From Spirochaetia bacterium (GTDB lineage: Bacteria; Spirochaetota; Spirochaetia; SZUA-6; Bin103): DNA of 64,000 nucleotides. The stretch covers positions 224,001 to 288,000 of the forward strand of contig CBDATQ010000001.1 in assembly GCA_965199955.1 (NCBI GenBank), in the 5' to 3' direction. Made by a program: the position numbers and the translations under genes. The notes below the pieces were generated by a model, which worked only from the letters and a program-made list of their open reading frames with translations, ran no database searches and was not told the origin of the DNA. Below are positions 10,215 to 21,860 of this stretch, piece by piece. How positions within the stretch are numbered: position 1 is the first letter of the stretch; each line of letters starts with the position of its first letter.

Positions 10215-12216
10215 CGGCCCGCCGACCCGCGCCGTTGCCGGTGCCGAGCGCGGCGATGATCGCGTCCGGGTCGTAAACGCAGCCGGCCCAGGTACCGCCG
10301 CTGGCGGCCTGCAGCGCCGCCCACAGCCGCGTGTCGTCGGGCAGGCCGGGGTGCGGCGCGATGCACGGTGCGGTCGGACGCGCGGCCAGCGCGGCCTGCG
10401 CCTGTTCCGGAGACAACTCGCCTTCGTCCTCCGTGGCGACCAGCTCCACCGAGCCGGTCAGCTCGCCGCGGTCGACCACGATCTCGACCGTGTCGCCATC
10501 CCGCAACCGGCCGATCGGCCCGCCGGCCAGTGCTTCCGGACCGATGTGGCCCACGCACGCCCCGGTGGAGACGCCGGAGAAGCGGCCGTCGGTGAGCACC
10601 GCCACCTGCTTGCCCCAGGGGATGAACTTGAGCGCGGAGGTCACCTGGTAGATCTCCTCCATGCCGGTCCCGGCCGGGCCGATGCCGGCGACCACCACCA
10701 CGTCGCCGGCCTGCACCGGGTGCTCGCCCTTCCCCTTGATCGCCGCGACCGCCGCGCCCTCGCTCCCGAACAGTCGCACCGGACCCCGGTGGCGGTAGAC
10801 TCCGTCCGCGCCGACCACGCTCGGGTCGATCGCCGTCGCCTTGATGACCGATCCGTCGGGCGCGAGCGAACCGCTCGGGAAGACGACGGTGCTGGTCAGC
10901 CCCCGGCGGCGGGCGGTGTCCGGGTCCATGATCACCAGATCGGGGTCGACGCCGTCCTCCTCGAGGCAGTGGCGGCGCAGCTCGTGGCGGCGTGGCGAGT
11001 CCTGCCAGCGGTCCAGCGCCTCGCCCCAGGTCACCCCGGCCGCGGTCAGCGCCGCCGGGTCGATCAGGCCGGCGCGGCGCAGGTGCAGCATCACCTCCGG
11101 CACGCCGCCGGCGACGAACACCCGCACCGTCGGGTGGTTGGCGGGACCGTTGGGCAGCGCGTCGACCAGCCGCGGGGTGGCGCGGTTGACCCGGCTCCAG
11201 TCGGCGACGCCGGGCACCGGCAGGCCGGCCGCGTGCGCGAACGCGGGAATATGCAGCAGCAGGTTGGTCGAGCCCCCGAAGGCGGCATGCACGACCATCG
11301 CGTTGTCGACCGCGCGCCGGTCCAGGATGTCGGCCATCGACCGGCCGGCCGCGCGCTGGGCGACCACCGCCGCGGCGGCGCGGCGCCCCATGTCCAGCCA
11401 GATCGGCTGCCCGGACGGCGCCAGCGCGGTATGCGGCAACGCCAGCCCCAGCCCCTCCGCGACCACCTGCGCCGTCGCGGCCGTGCCCAGGAACTGGCAG
11501 CCGCCGCCGGCCGAGCCGCACGCCTTGCAGCCGGCGGTCGCCGCCTCGTCCAGGGTGATCAGGCCGTGCGCGAAGCGGGCGCCGATGGTCTGCACGGTGC
11601 CCAGGTCTTCGGCGCCGCGGGCCGGCAGGGTCACCCCGCCGGGGATCGCCACGCCCGGCAGCGCCCGCTCCCCGGCCAGCGCCAGCAGCATCGCCGGCAG
11701 CCCCTTGTCGCAGGAGGCGACGCCGATGACCCCCTGCCGGGTAGGCAGCGAGCGCGCCAGCCGGCGCATCACGATCGCGGCGTCGTTGCGGTAGGGCAGG
11801 CTGTCCATCATTCCCGGCGTCCCCTGCGAGCGCCCGTCGCACGGATCGGTGACGTGCGCGGCGAACGGGATGCAGCCGCCGGCCGCCAGCGCCTCCGCCG
11901 CCGCGCGCACCAGCAGGTGCACCTCCCAGTGGCCGGTGTGGTAGCCCAGCGCCACCGGCGATCCGTCCTCGGCGCGCAGGCCGCCGTGGGTGGACAAGAG
12001 CAGGTACGCGGGGCCGCCGGAGCGGTCCGGGTGCCAGCCCATGCCCACGTTCTGGGTCAGGGCGAACAGGTTGCCGCTCGGCTCCTCGCGCAGCATGCGC
12101 TCGGTGAGCGGGATGGTCCCGGGCGTGCCATCGCCGGAGGTGGCCGGAAGGGACGGCGACTCGAATCCGAGGATGGAATCGAGGTCGCCGGCGTGCGCGT
12201 CGGAGACGGCGGCCAC
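10162..12216 (-). CDS. YjhG/YagF family D-xylonate dehydratase (IlvD/Edd family)
   Basis: [48 protein letters not shown] start at 12216 right after the FAH gene stop. Confidence 0.9.
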   Translation of the reverse strand: MAAVSDAHAGDLDSILGFESPSLPATSGDGTPGTIPLTERMLREEPSGNLFALTQNVGMGWHPDRSGGPAYLLLSTHGGLRAEDGSPVALGYHTGHWEVHLLVRAAAEALAAGGCIPFAAHVTDPCDGRSQGTPGMMDSLPYRNDAAIVMRRLARSLPTRQGVIGVASCDKGLPAMLLALAGERALPGVAIPGGVTLPARGAEDLGTVQTIGARFAHGLITLDEAATAGCKACGSAGGGCQFLGTAATAQVVAEGLGLALPHTALAPSGQPIWLDMGRRAAAAVVAQRAAGRSMADILDRRAVDNAMVVHAAFGGSTNLLLHIPAFAHAAGLPVPGVADWSRVNRATPRLVDALPNGPANHPTVRVFVAGGVPEVMLHLRRAGLIDPAALTAAGVTWGEALDRWQDSPRRHELRRHCLEEDGVDPDLVIMDPDTARRRGLTSTVVFPSGSLAPDGSVIKATAIDPSVVGADGVYRHRGPVRLFGSEGAAVAAIKGKGEHPVQAGDVVVVAGIGPAGTGMEEIYQVTSALKFIPWGKQVAVLTDGRFSGVSTGACVGHIGPEALAGGPIGRLRDGDTVEIVVDRGELTGSVELVATEDEGELSPEQAQAALAARPTAPCIAPHPGLPDDTRLWAALQAASGGTWAGCVYDPDAIIAALGTGNGAGRRAVTASPPASRPEPAPRRS

Positions 12217-12218
12217 GG

Positions 12219-13058
12219 TCAGGATCCTGCGGTGCCGAAGCCGCCCACCGTGTTGGTGAGGGTGCCGATCGACTCGATCGTGATCGTGACCCGGTCGCCA
12301 GCGTGCAGGGTGAAGCCGTCGGGGGGAATGATGCCGGTGCCGGTCATCAGGAAGCAGCCGTCCGGGAAGGAGTTGTGCCGATACAGGAAGGAGGCCAGCT
12401 CCTGCGGCGTGCGCTTCAGCTCGGCCAGCGTGGTGGTGCCGCCGAAGACGGCCGAACCGTCGCGGCGGATCTCCATCTCGATCGCGGTCTCGGGATCGGG
12501 GCCGGTGTCGCGCACCAGGATCTCCTCTCCCAGCGCGCAGCTCTCGTCGTAGGTCTTGGCCTGCGGCAGGTAGAGCGGGTTCTCGCCCTCGATGTCGCGG
12601 GAGCTCATGTCGTTGCCGATCGTGTAGCCGAAGATGCGCCCGCGGCGGTCGATGGCCAGGGTGAGCTCCGGCTCCGGCACGTTCCAGGCGGAGTCCGCGC
12701 GGATGCGCACGGTGCCGCCGGGCGCGACCACGGTGCGGGCCGAGCCCTTGCAGAACAGCTCGGGCCGGTCGGCGGTGTAGACGCGGTCGTAGAAGCTGCC
12801 GCCGCCGGCCTCTTCCGATTCCGCCATGCGCGCGTCGCGGCTCCGGTAGTAGGTGACGCCGGCCGCCCAGATCTCCTGGCCGACCACCGGCGCCAGCGGC
12901 GCCTCGTCCGGCGCAGCCTCCGCGGCGCCGAGCCGGCCGTCCAGGTACGCCGTCAGGTCGTCCTGCCGGAACAGCTCGTCCCAGTCGTGGCCGCGGAGCA
13001 GCAGCCGCTTCCCGTCCCGCTCCACCACCGTGCCCGCGCCCGTTCTCGACAGCTTCAT
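12219..13058 (-). CDS. Fumarylacetoacetate hydrolase family protein, probable 2-keto-3-deoxy-xylonate dehydratase (XylX-like)
   Basis: [48 protein letters not shown]. Confidence 0.88.
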   Translation of the reverse strand: MKLSRTGAGTVVERDGKRLLLRGHDWDELFRQDDLTAYLDGRLGAAEAAPDEAPLAPVVGQEIWAAGVTYYRSRDARMAESEEAGGGSFYDRVYTADRPELFCKGSARTVVAPGGTVRIRADSAWNVPEPELTLAIDRRGRIFGYTIGNDMSSRDIEGENPLYLPQAKTYDESCALGEEILVRDTGPDPETAIEMEIRRDGSAVFGGTTTLAELKRTPQELASFLYRHNSFPDGCFLMTGTGIIPPDGFTLHAGDRVTITIESIGTLTNTVGGFGTAGS

Positions 13059-13325
13059 GACCCGGCAAGCAGACCGGAAGCGAACCGCCCCGTCAAGGCT
13101 GCGACCGGCGCAGGCCCGGCGCCGAGGGCCTCAGGCGGGTTCGGTCTGGAACGCCGCGAGGTCGCAGGTCTCGGCATAGCCCCGCTCCCTGAGTTGTGCC
13201 AGCGCCGCTCCCTTCTCTGAACGCTCGGCGGCGTTGGCCGTCATCAGCGCCTGCTGGCAGAGAGTGATGAATTGGGAGCGCTCGCGGCCGTCCGGCTCAT
13301 GGGGTCTCGCAGAGCGCGTCGCCTG

Positions 13326-13694
13326 CTATAGCGGGCGTATCAGGTCGAAGTAGCCGTCCCTCTCAAGGTGATTATTCTGACATTCGGTGATCCGGTCGAG
13401 GAACTCGAAGAGGGTGATGTTGTTCGTGGTCAGGAACTCCTGGAAGCTCTCGCTGGTCAGGATCCCCTGCACAACCCGGCGTCCATCAGAACGCGTTGAT
13501 ATGGTGCCTTCCTTTACGTCGATGGTGGCGATCCAGGCTTCCGAGAACTCGGCGGAAAGGAGAAGCTGCGACGAGCAGAAGACGATGGAGTCGAGCAGCA
13601 TGTCCCTTCTGATATTCCGGATTTCTAGGGTGACGCACCCTGCGACGATAGCCGTGACTAGCAGCGCGGACGTGGCGATAGCGAGCTTCTTCAT
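13326..13694 (-). CDS. Hypothetical lipoprotein
   Basis: GAGGAG SD, MKKLAIATSALLVTAIVAG-C lipobox; more AT-rich codon usage than the flanking genes. Confidence 0.65.
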   Translation of the reverse strand: MKKLAIATSALLVTAIVAGCVTLEIRNIRRDMLLDSIVFCSSQLLLSAEFSEAWIATIDVKEGTISTRSDGRRVVQGILTSESFQEFLTTNNITLFEFLDRITECQNNHLERDGYFDLIRPL

Positions 13695-14025
13695 CGTTCT
13701 CCTCATTGTCGAAACGTATTTTACTGGGCGTCGTAGGCAGCGTCGATGGCGACCTGATCCACGGGCTTTCGAAACGCGTCCTGCCGGTGTCGGCGTCGAG
13801 CTCGAACCACTCGCCGGGACCGAACTCGGCGACCTCGCGGCCATCGGACAGGATCAGCACTTCGTCCGGCTCGTCCTCTGCGGACACCGGCGGGCTCCGG
13901 AGTTCGTCATCGGCGACCGATCTGCTGACCGGCCGTCCGCTGAGGTCGGTGCCTATCTCGTGGTCAGCCATCCTGCTGTCTCGAACAGCGTATCCATCGC
14001 CTGTGCGATCGGCAAGAACTCGCAT

Positions 14026-14086
14026 TGCCTCTCACCAGGAATCTAACCCTGCCGAAAGCGTGCCTCACCTAAGAATCTAACCGAAG
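14026..14086. repeat. Imperfect tandem repeat, putative IS left end
   Basis: TGCCTCTCACCAGGAATCTAACC (from 14026) and TGCCTCACCTAAGAATCTAACC (from 14061), upstream of the transposase fragment. Confidence 0.55.
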
Positions 14087-14147
14087 CGGCTGGACCTCAC
14101 GGTCCGGTCCGGAGCCCTTCGCACACCGCGGAGGAGGTTCCGAGGAG

Positions 14148-14310
14148 ATGGGGCTGACGATGGGTGAGCGCAGGGCACTCACGGAGCAGGTGGCGCGGCG
14201 GTACCGCAGCGCCGCCAGGAAGGACAAGACGGTCATCCTCGGCGAGTTCGTCGAGGCCACCGGCTACACACGCAAGTACGCGATCCATCTGCTGAACTCT
14301 TGGGGGCGCG
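14148..14310 (+). mobile_element. Truncated IS transposase/integrase N-terminus (ISNCY/IS481-like)
   Basis: MGLTMGERRALTEQVARRYRSAARKDKTVILGEFVEATGYTRKYAIHLL matches the N-terminus of rve-type IS transposases; similarity ends after about 53 aa. Confidence 0.75.
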
Positions 14311-14835
14311 CATTGCGGGGTCAATGCGAGTCGCCGTCCGCACCCGAATACGGTGGCCTCGAGATACGCTTCTCCCGGCTGGATGCTGCTGCTGTTGACG
14401 TCGAACTGGAGACCGGCAATGCAGCCGACAGCCAGGAGGCTGGCTTGTGAGCGCAGCGCATCGTCGATGGTTCAACGCCTCGGCCGTCATATCGGGGCCG
14501 TCGACCCAGGTGGTCTTGTCCATGGCTATACCTCGTCGAATACGGAGGGCGCGACGACCGTCAGGCCGACATCGGGCGGGAGCTCGACCTCCAAGTGCTC
14601 GCGCAGCGTCTTGATCTGCGCCGCCGGAGCGCCGACCAGGGAGCGCCGGCCCCGAGGAGCTTGGATTCGGGCTGTGTGCTCGGCTGTCGGTCTGCGATGA
14701 CGACCCCGAGGAAGACCCCGAGAGTGCCTGCGAGCTGTTGACGCTGCGGCAGGTGGAGCACCGATGGGTCGCCGCCGGCACCGGGGTCAGGCATCCGCTC
14801 TCCCCGCTGCTGCGTGCATGGCAAGGGGCGGATGC

Positions 14836-15150
14836 GTGAACCTCCAGACCACGTGGGGGGAAGGGCTCGACGATGAGCAGGAAGCCACTCGACAGGCGAT
14901 CAAGTATCACGGCGTGCAGGGCGAGTTGCGGCACCACGCGAGCGAGCCTGACGCTCCAGCGATCACCATGATGTTGTCGGGCTTCACGACAGGAAGGCTT
15001 GGCGCTGATCTGTTGGGGCACGAAGCGAGCGAGCTGGCGGAAGTTCACGCCGAGTGGCTGGCGACGCCGGAAGCGACCCGACCGGCGCATCCGCTGTGGG
15101 AGCCGGTGGCGACCTGGTTCCGGGCCGGGGCTCCGGGGATGGAGCTGTGA
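14836..15150 (+). CDS. Hypothetical protein of a decayed element
   Basis: GTG start; stop overlaps the next GTG (GTGA at 15147-15150). Confidence 0.45.
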   Translation: MNLQTTWGEGLDDEQEATRQAIKYHGVQGELRHHASEPDAPAITMMLSGFTTGRLGADLLGHEASELAEVHAEWLATPEATRPAHPLWEPVATWFRAGAPGMEL

Positions 15151-17175
15151 CGGCAGCGGAGCGGGCGGAGCTGGAAGCGTCGAACGCTGACCTGTTGCGG
15201 CGCCGTAGCGAGCAAACCGCGCTGACGTTCTCCTCAGAGTTCACGCGCGGAGCCGCGAAGCGCACGGCGCTGGACGGCGAGGCGCAACTCGCAGGCGCAG
15301 GGCAGCAGGCGGCGACGCCAGCGGCGCAGGCGCAGCAGCGGGACGCGAGCGAGCAGAGCGAGCACGACGCGAACGTGCAGGCGCTGGCGCAGGCACTGGT
15401 CGACAACGGTGCAGGGCAGGGACGGGAGCCGGAGCCCGGCACCCCCACCCCCACCCCCACCCCCCCCCGCGCCCCCAAGGTGGAAAGGGGCGCGCGCGCC
15501 GCGCGGCCCCGGCTCCGGATACGCGGCAAGTCCCGGCCGAAATTGGCCCCGCGGGAGACGCCCCGGATACCTGCTCCCAGGAGCCGGAGACCGAGAGCCG
15601 GAAACTGGAGCCGGAGCCTGCGGCGCCCAACCCGTTCCGGCGGTTGCGCGACAACCCGCCGCCCGCCGCCAGTCCCGAGAGGATCGCGGCCAACACCCTG
15701 CCGCCGCCCGCCCGACTTGGCGACACGCGCGTCAGCACGTCCGGTGCTGACGAGTCCCGCCCGAAGGCGAAGCCGAAGCGCCGGAAGCCGGAACCGGACC
15801 CGACGCCCGGAGCCCACGACCGCAACGCCGACGCCCGGACGCGGGGCGACCGAGATCCCGTCGGGCTGGTCGAGCACGCCCTGTCCGCCACGGCCGCCAT
15901 CGAGGCGATGTCCGATGCTGCTGCCGGCGCCGGCGGCGCGCCCGTCGAGTGGGTGCGGCTGCTGGTCGGCTGGCCGGCCTGGCGCCGTGCGGTGGAGGGA
16001 GAGGGTGGAGACGCCGGCGACCTGCTGCTGGCTTCCAGTGCCCGGCAGGTGGTGGCCACGCTGGCCGGCATGCCGGAGCGGCCGGGCTCGGAGGTTTCCC
16101 TACTGGCCGCGGTGGTCGCCAGTTGGCCGGTAGCGGTCGAGCCCGACCGGCGACGGCGCGGCATCCTGCCCGCCAGCATGACGGACTCGCGGCGCCAGCA
16201 CGCCGACCATCTCCCGCTGGCGCTCGACGTCCGGACCCCGATGGGTGCGGTGCCCGGCAGCGTTGAGCAAGCGCATCTGCCCGGACTGGAACCCGCCCCT
16301 TCGGCGCTGGTCCCGGTACTGCCGATCGCGCTCTACGACCTCGCCGGCGGCACCATGCAGACCCGCGGGCGCGGCGCCCCGGTGGCGCAACGGCTGTTCT
16401 TCGAGGTGCTGATGAGCGTCGGCAGGCTCGACCGGACGCCGGGAAAGACGGTCCGCGTCGAGTCCACTTACCGGGAGTTCGTCGCTTGGCTGTGGCCGAA
16501 CCTGCGGGGGCGGGCATGGAAGCGTGAGCGTCACCTGCCGGCGCTGCACCGCGCCCTGCTGGAGCTCGACGGCATGAGGATCGAGTGGGAGCGGCAACTG
16601 TAGCGGTTGGTCGGCGTGACGGCCCGCCCACCCCGGACACCCGGCCGGACGATCCTGCCGTGTTCCGGGTGGAGCACCTACCGGGATCGGAGCGCGGCCC
16701 GATGATCGACCGCGAGGCGCTGCGGCGCTTCGGGCTGGTGTCGGCGCCGGCGTGGCGCGCCTTCCTGCGACTCGCCTATCTGTGGGACCGGGCGAGGCAC
16801 AGAACGGCGGACACCGCATCTACGCCACCCGCCCGAAGGTCGCCCGCGGCAGTGACGGCGTGCTGATGGGCCGTGACGATCACCCGGTGGTGCGCCGTGA
16901 CGGCCGCTTGGTGAGGGACTGGTCGGACCCGCGGGCGGTGCCGCTCTACGGCCCGGACGGCAAGCCGCTGACCGAGCGCAACCCATCCGCCGACCGGGTG
17001 CCGGTGCTCGGACCCGACGACCTGGTAAGGCTCGCCTACGATGACGACCTGACCACCAACAGGCGCGACCGTCTGCACAACGCCCGCAAGGCGCTTGGCG
17101 ACATGGCCGCCGCCGGCGCCGTGGTAATCGAGTCCGACGGCGACGGGCGGCGGGTGCCGGAACCGCCGCCGCTGT
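15147..17175 (+). pseudogene. Large frameshifted gene, putative plasmid/phage replication-initiator-like protein
   Basis: Coding-like sequence continues across a C-tract frameshift (~15460), TAG at 16601-16603 and frameshifts near 16620 and 16800; RGRGAPVAQRLFFEVL and FVAWLWP..RAWKRERHLPALHRAL segments look like nucleic-acid-binding helices. Confidence 0.5.
15440..15476. repeat. (CCCCCA)n repeat plus poly-C tract
   Basis: cacccccacccccacccccacccccccccgcgccccc. Confidence 0.8.
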
Positions 17176-17177
17176 TG

Positions 17178-17560
17178 TTCATGGCGTTTGGGGAGTCCCA
17201 CAGCTTCAGCGACACTCTCGAATGCGTGGCTGAAGGGGCCATGGCCGATATCATGAAGAAATGCGGCCAACAGGACAACGCGTGCGCGGGTGTGGTCGAG
17301 GCACCCCTGCCTACGGCGGATGATCTCGATGAGTTGGCGCGCTGTGTGATAGACGCCGACGCTGTGAGCGAATCGGCTGCGTGTGGCGCCGGGGTAGACC
17401 AGGTCGGAGAAGCCGAGCTGACGGATGCGCCGTAGTCTCCCAAACTCGGGGTGTTGAGCAAATCCCAGGCGATGCGGTCGGTTTCGTCCTCGCTCTTTCC
17501 TTCGCAGAAGACAATCAGCCCGTGGACAGGGTCGCGGATGCGGCGGGGCCTTTCGGTCGT
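17178..17560 (-). pseudogene. HD-domain dNTP triphosphohydrolase (SAMHD1/YdhJ-like) N-terminal remnant
   Basis: RIRDPVHG...LLNTP / frameshift ~17447 / EFGRLRRIRQLGFSDLVYPGATRSRFAHSVG...AAFLHDIGHGPFSHAFE; truncated at the junction with the Rep-like gene. Confidence 0.85.
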
Positions 17561-17604
17561 CGTCCGTCCGGGCCGATACGCTTAGCGCGACGGCGTAGCA
17601 GCGG

Positions 17605-19040
<1,436 letters not shown>

Positions 19041-19044
<4 letters not shown>

Positions 19045-19358
19045 GATGCGCCTCCGCCCTTGACCGAGTCCCTGGCCTTGAACATCTCCAGCATGCGGTC
19101 GGTGACCAGGTAGCCGCCCACCACGTTGATGGTGGCGAACCCGACGGCCGCCGCGGCGAAGATCGTCACCAGGGTGCTGGAAGCGCCCTGTCCGGCGAGC
19201 GCCAGGGCGCCCACGATCGAGATCCCGGAGATCGCGTTGGACCCCGACATCAGCGGCGTATGGAGCTGCGACGGCACCTTGGTGATGAGTTCCAGTCCAA
19301 GGAACATCGCGAGCACGAAGATGAAGAACAGAAATTGAAATAGTTGTGCGGCTTCCAT
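19041..19358 (-). CDS. pntAB: NAD(P) transhydrogenase alpha subunit, membrane part 2
   Basis: LHTPLMSGSNAISG, INVVGGYLVTDRML. Confidence 0.95.
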
Positions 19359-19430
19359 GACCCTTCTTTCCGTTGTCTTTCCCGTTCGCGGACGCCGGGG
19401 CGTCCGTTCTCTAAAAGGTGTTGTTCGGCG

Positions 19431-20570
19431 CTATCCCGAGGTGATCTTGCGGACCATCTCGTTGACCATCTGCCCGTCGTGGGTGACCAGGCTGCCGGCG
19501 ATGATCTCATCCTCCCGGTCGAGCTTCATGCCCTTGCTCTCGTCGTCCCAGAACTCGTCGACGTAGTTGTACAGGTTGTTGGCGTACATGGAGCTGGCCG
19601 AAACCGCGTAGCGGCCCGGGATGTTGCGCAGGCCGACGATCGTCACGCCGTTGACCTGCACTTCCTCACCCGCGACCGACCCTTCGACGTTGCCGCCGGA
19701 TTCGACCGCGTAGTCGACGATGATCGAGCCGGACTTCATCCGCTCCACGACCTCGGCGCTGAGCACGACCGGCGCCTTGCGCCCGAAGAGCTGCGCGGTG
19801 GTGATGACGATGTCGGCGCCGGCGCACGTATCCGCCATCAGCTCGCGCTGCTTGGCAAGCTGCTCTTCGGTGAGCTCCTTGGCGTAGCCCTGATCGGTCT
19901 GCCCGGTTTCTCCCAGGTCGACCTTGATGAACTTGGCGCCGAGCGACTTGACCTGCTCCTCCACCACCGGCCGGGTGTCGAACGCCTCCACCCGGGCGCC
20001 GAGGCGCTTGGCGGTGGCGATCGCCTGCAGGCCGGCCACGCCGGCGCCGATGATGAACGCGCGCGCCGGCTGCAACGTGCCCGACGGGGTCATCATCATC
20101 GGCATCACGGCGCCCAGCCGCTCGGCCGCCAGCACCACCATGGCGTAACCGGCGATGTTGTGCTGGGAGCTCAGGGCGTCCAGCTTCTGGGCCCGGGTGG
20201 AGCGCGGCACCAGCTCCACGCTGATCGCACTCACCCCCTGCCCGGCCAGGGCGTCGATCAGCTCCGGCTCGTTGAACGGGTCCAGGAAGCTGATATGGAT
20301 GGCCCCCTTCTTCATGGCGGAGATCTCGTCGTCCGGCGGGCGGCGAACGCGCAGGATGATGTCGGCCTTGCCGAGCTCCTGCGTGCGGTCGGTGACGACC
20401 TCGGCCCCCGCTTCGCGGTACTGGTCGTCGGAGAAGTGACAACCGGCGCCGGCGCCGGACTCGACGGCGACGACGGCCCCGTCCTTGCGTCCGTAGCGCT
20501 GCACGGTGTCGGGGGTGACGGCGGCGCGCGGCTCGCCGGGTCCGGTCTCTCTGGGAACGAAAATGCGCAT
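19431..20570 (-). CDS. pntAA: NAD(P) transhydrogenase alpha subunit, NAD(H)-binding part 1
   Basis: PRSTRAQKLDALSSQ, GAGVAGLQAIATA, GGNVE. Confidence 0.95.
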   Translation of the reverse strand: MRIFVPRETGPGEPRAAVTPDTVQRYGRKDGAVVAVESGAGAGCHFSDDQYREAGAEVVTDRTQELGKADIILRVRRPPDDEISAMKKGAIHISFLDPFNEPELIDALAGQGVSAISVELVPRSTRAQKLDALSSQHNIAGYAMVVLAAERLGAVMPMMMTPSGTLQPARAFIIGAGVAGLQAIATAKRLGARVEAFDTRPVVEEQVKSLGAKFIKVDLGETGQTDQGYAKELTEEQLAKQRELMADTCAGADIVITTAQLFGRKAPVVLSAEVVERMKSGSIIVDYAVESGGNVEGSVAGEEVQVNGVTIVGLRNIPGRYAVSASSMYANNLYNYVDEFWDDESKGMKLDREDEIIAGSLVTHDGQMVNEMVRKITSG

Positions 20571-20623
20571 TACACCCTTATGTGCGGTGCGATCGGCCCG
20601 GAAGTCAACCGCGGGCGGTCAGA

Positions 20624-21829
20624 TCAGAGCTCGAACGCCGAGGTCGCTACGTCGGCGACCTCGGCGCCGATCGACAGGGCGGCCGTCGCCGCCGGCGAAG
20701 GCGCGTTGAGCACGTGCACGGAGCGCTCGCCGCGGACGATGAGGAAGTCGTCGATCATGGCGCCGTCGGGCCGGAGCGCCAGGGCGCGCACGCCGGCCCG
20801 CGTGGGCTGCACTTCCGCGTCGGCCAGCGACGGCACCAGCCGCCGCACGGCGGCGACGAAGCGCCGGCGCGAGAACGCCCGGCCGTACTCCCGGATGCCG
20901 TAGCGGGCGTGGCGAAGCAGCAGCCGCCACGTGCCGCGGTAGCCGAGCGATTCCGCCGCGTCCCGCGCGTCGATGTCGGTCTTGCCGTAGCCCTCGCGCT
21001 TCAGGGAGAAGACGGCGTTCGGTCCGCACTCCACCTCGCCCGCGGTGCGCCGGGTCAGGTGCACGCCCAGGAACGGCAGCGTCGGGTCGGGGACCGGATA
21101 GATCAGCCCGCGCACCTTGTGGCGGGCGGCCGGGGCCAGCTCGTAGAAATCCCCGCGGAAGGCGACGACACGGGCTGGAGGAGTCAGTCCGTCCAGCCGG
21201 GCGATCCGGTCCGAGTACAGGCCGCCGCAGTTGATCAGGTGGCGGCTGGCGCGGCGGCCGGCGCGCGTGTCGATCTCGACGCCGTCCGCGGCGCGGCGGA
21301 TGCGCGTGGCCTCGGCCAGCGTGGAGACGGTGGCGCCTGCGGCCAGCAGCAGATCCCGCAGTTTCGCCGCCACCGCCTGGTAGTCGATGATGCCGGCGTA
21401 CGGCACCCAGATGGCGCCCAGGCCGCCGGCGTGCGGCTCGATCTCCCGTAGTCCGGCGCGGTCGACCACCTCGACCTGATCCAGGCCGTTGCGGCGGCCG
21501 TTCGCGCAGAGGTCCGGCAGGCGCGCAAGCTCCCGCGCGGTGACGGCCATCACGACCTTGCCGCAGGTCTCATGCGGGATGCCGTGCTCGCGCGCGAAGT
21601 CGACCATCTGTGCTCTCCCCTCCACGCAGAGGCGAGCCCGCGCCGACCCGGGGCGGTAGTAGAGACCGGAGTGCAGGACGCCGGAGTTGCGCCCGGTCTG
21701 GTGCAGGCCGACCTGCCGCTCCTTCTCGAGCACCAGCACGGACAGCGACGGATGGCGCTGCACGAGGCGGTACGCGGAAGCCAGGCCGATGATGCCGGCG
21801 CCGATGATGGTGATGTCGAACCGGTCCAC
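20624..21829 (-). CDS. lhgO: L-2-hydroxyglutarate oxidase (FAD-dependent)
   Basis: IGAGIIG, HQTGRNSGVLHSGLYY, IYPVPDP.LPFLGVH, GPNAV, NAPSPAATA. Confidence 0.9.
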   Translation of the reverse strand: MDRFDITIIGAGIIGLASAYRLVQRHPSLSVLVLEKERQVGLHQTGRNSGVLHSGLYYRPGSARARLCVEGRAQMVDFAREHGIPHETCGKVVMAVTARELARLPDLCANGRRNGLDQVEVVDRAGLREIEPHAGGLGAIWVPYAGIIDYQAVAAKLRDLLLAAGATVSTLAEATRIRRAADGVEIDTRAGRRASRHLINCGGLYSDRIARLDGLTPPARVVAFRGDFYELAPAARHKVRGLIYPVPDPTLPFLGVHLTRRTAGEVECGPNAVFSLKREGYGKTDIDARDAAESLGYRGTWRLLLRHARYGIREYGRAFSRRRFVAAVRRLVPSLADAEVQPTRAGVRALALRPDGAMIDDFLIVRGERSVHVLNAPSPAATAALSIGAEVADVATSAFEL

Positions 21830-21860
21830 GCTTCACCATATTACTGGTAGGCTCGAAGCC

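Noticed and set aside
10162..13068. 968-aa ORF as one giant dehydratase fusion
   Set aside because: The N-terminal ~280 aa are an Arg/Gly-rich shadow frame of the FAH gene; dehydratase similarity starts near GTG 12216
4305..16603. Amber recoding (TAG as Trp or pyrrolysine), suggested by TAGs at likely Trp positions in recQ and the Rep-like gene
   Set aside because: TAG is a genuine stop for intact genes here (279, 8326, 29539, 50819), no suppressor tRNA or pyl genes are seen, and TGG>TAG is a common single transition
15147..16603. Active phase variation at the C-tract
   Set aside because: A downstream stop and further frameshifts would block a full-length product whatever the tract length, and a homopolymer sequencing error is also possible
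16752..17435. 227-aa plus-strand ORF as an intact gene
   Set aside because: Chimera: its 5' part is the tail of the Rep-like pseudogene and its 3' part is antisense to the HD remnant
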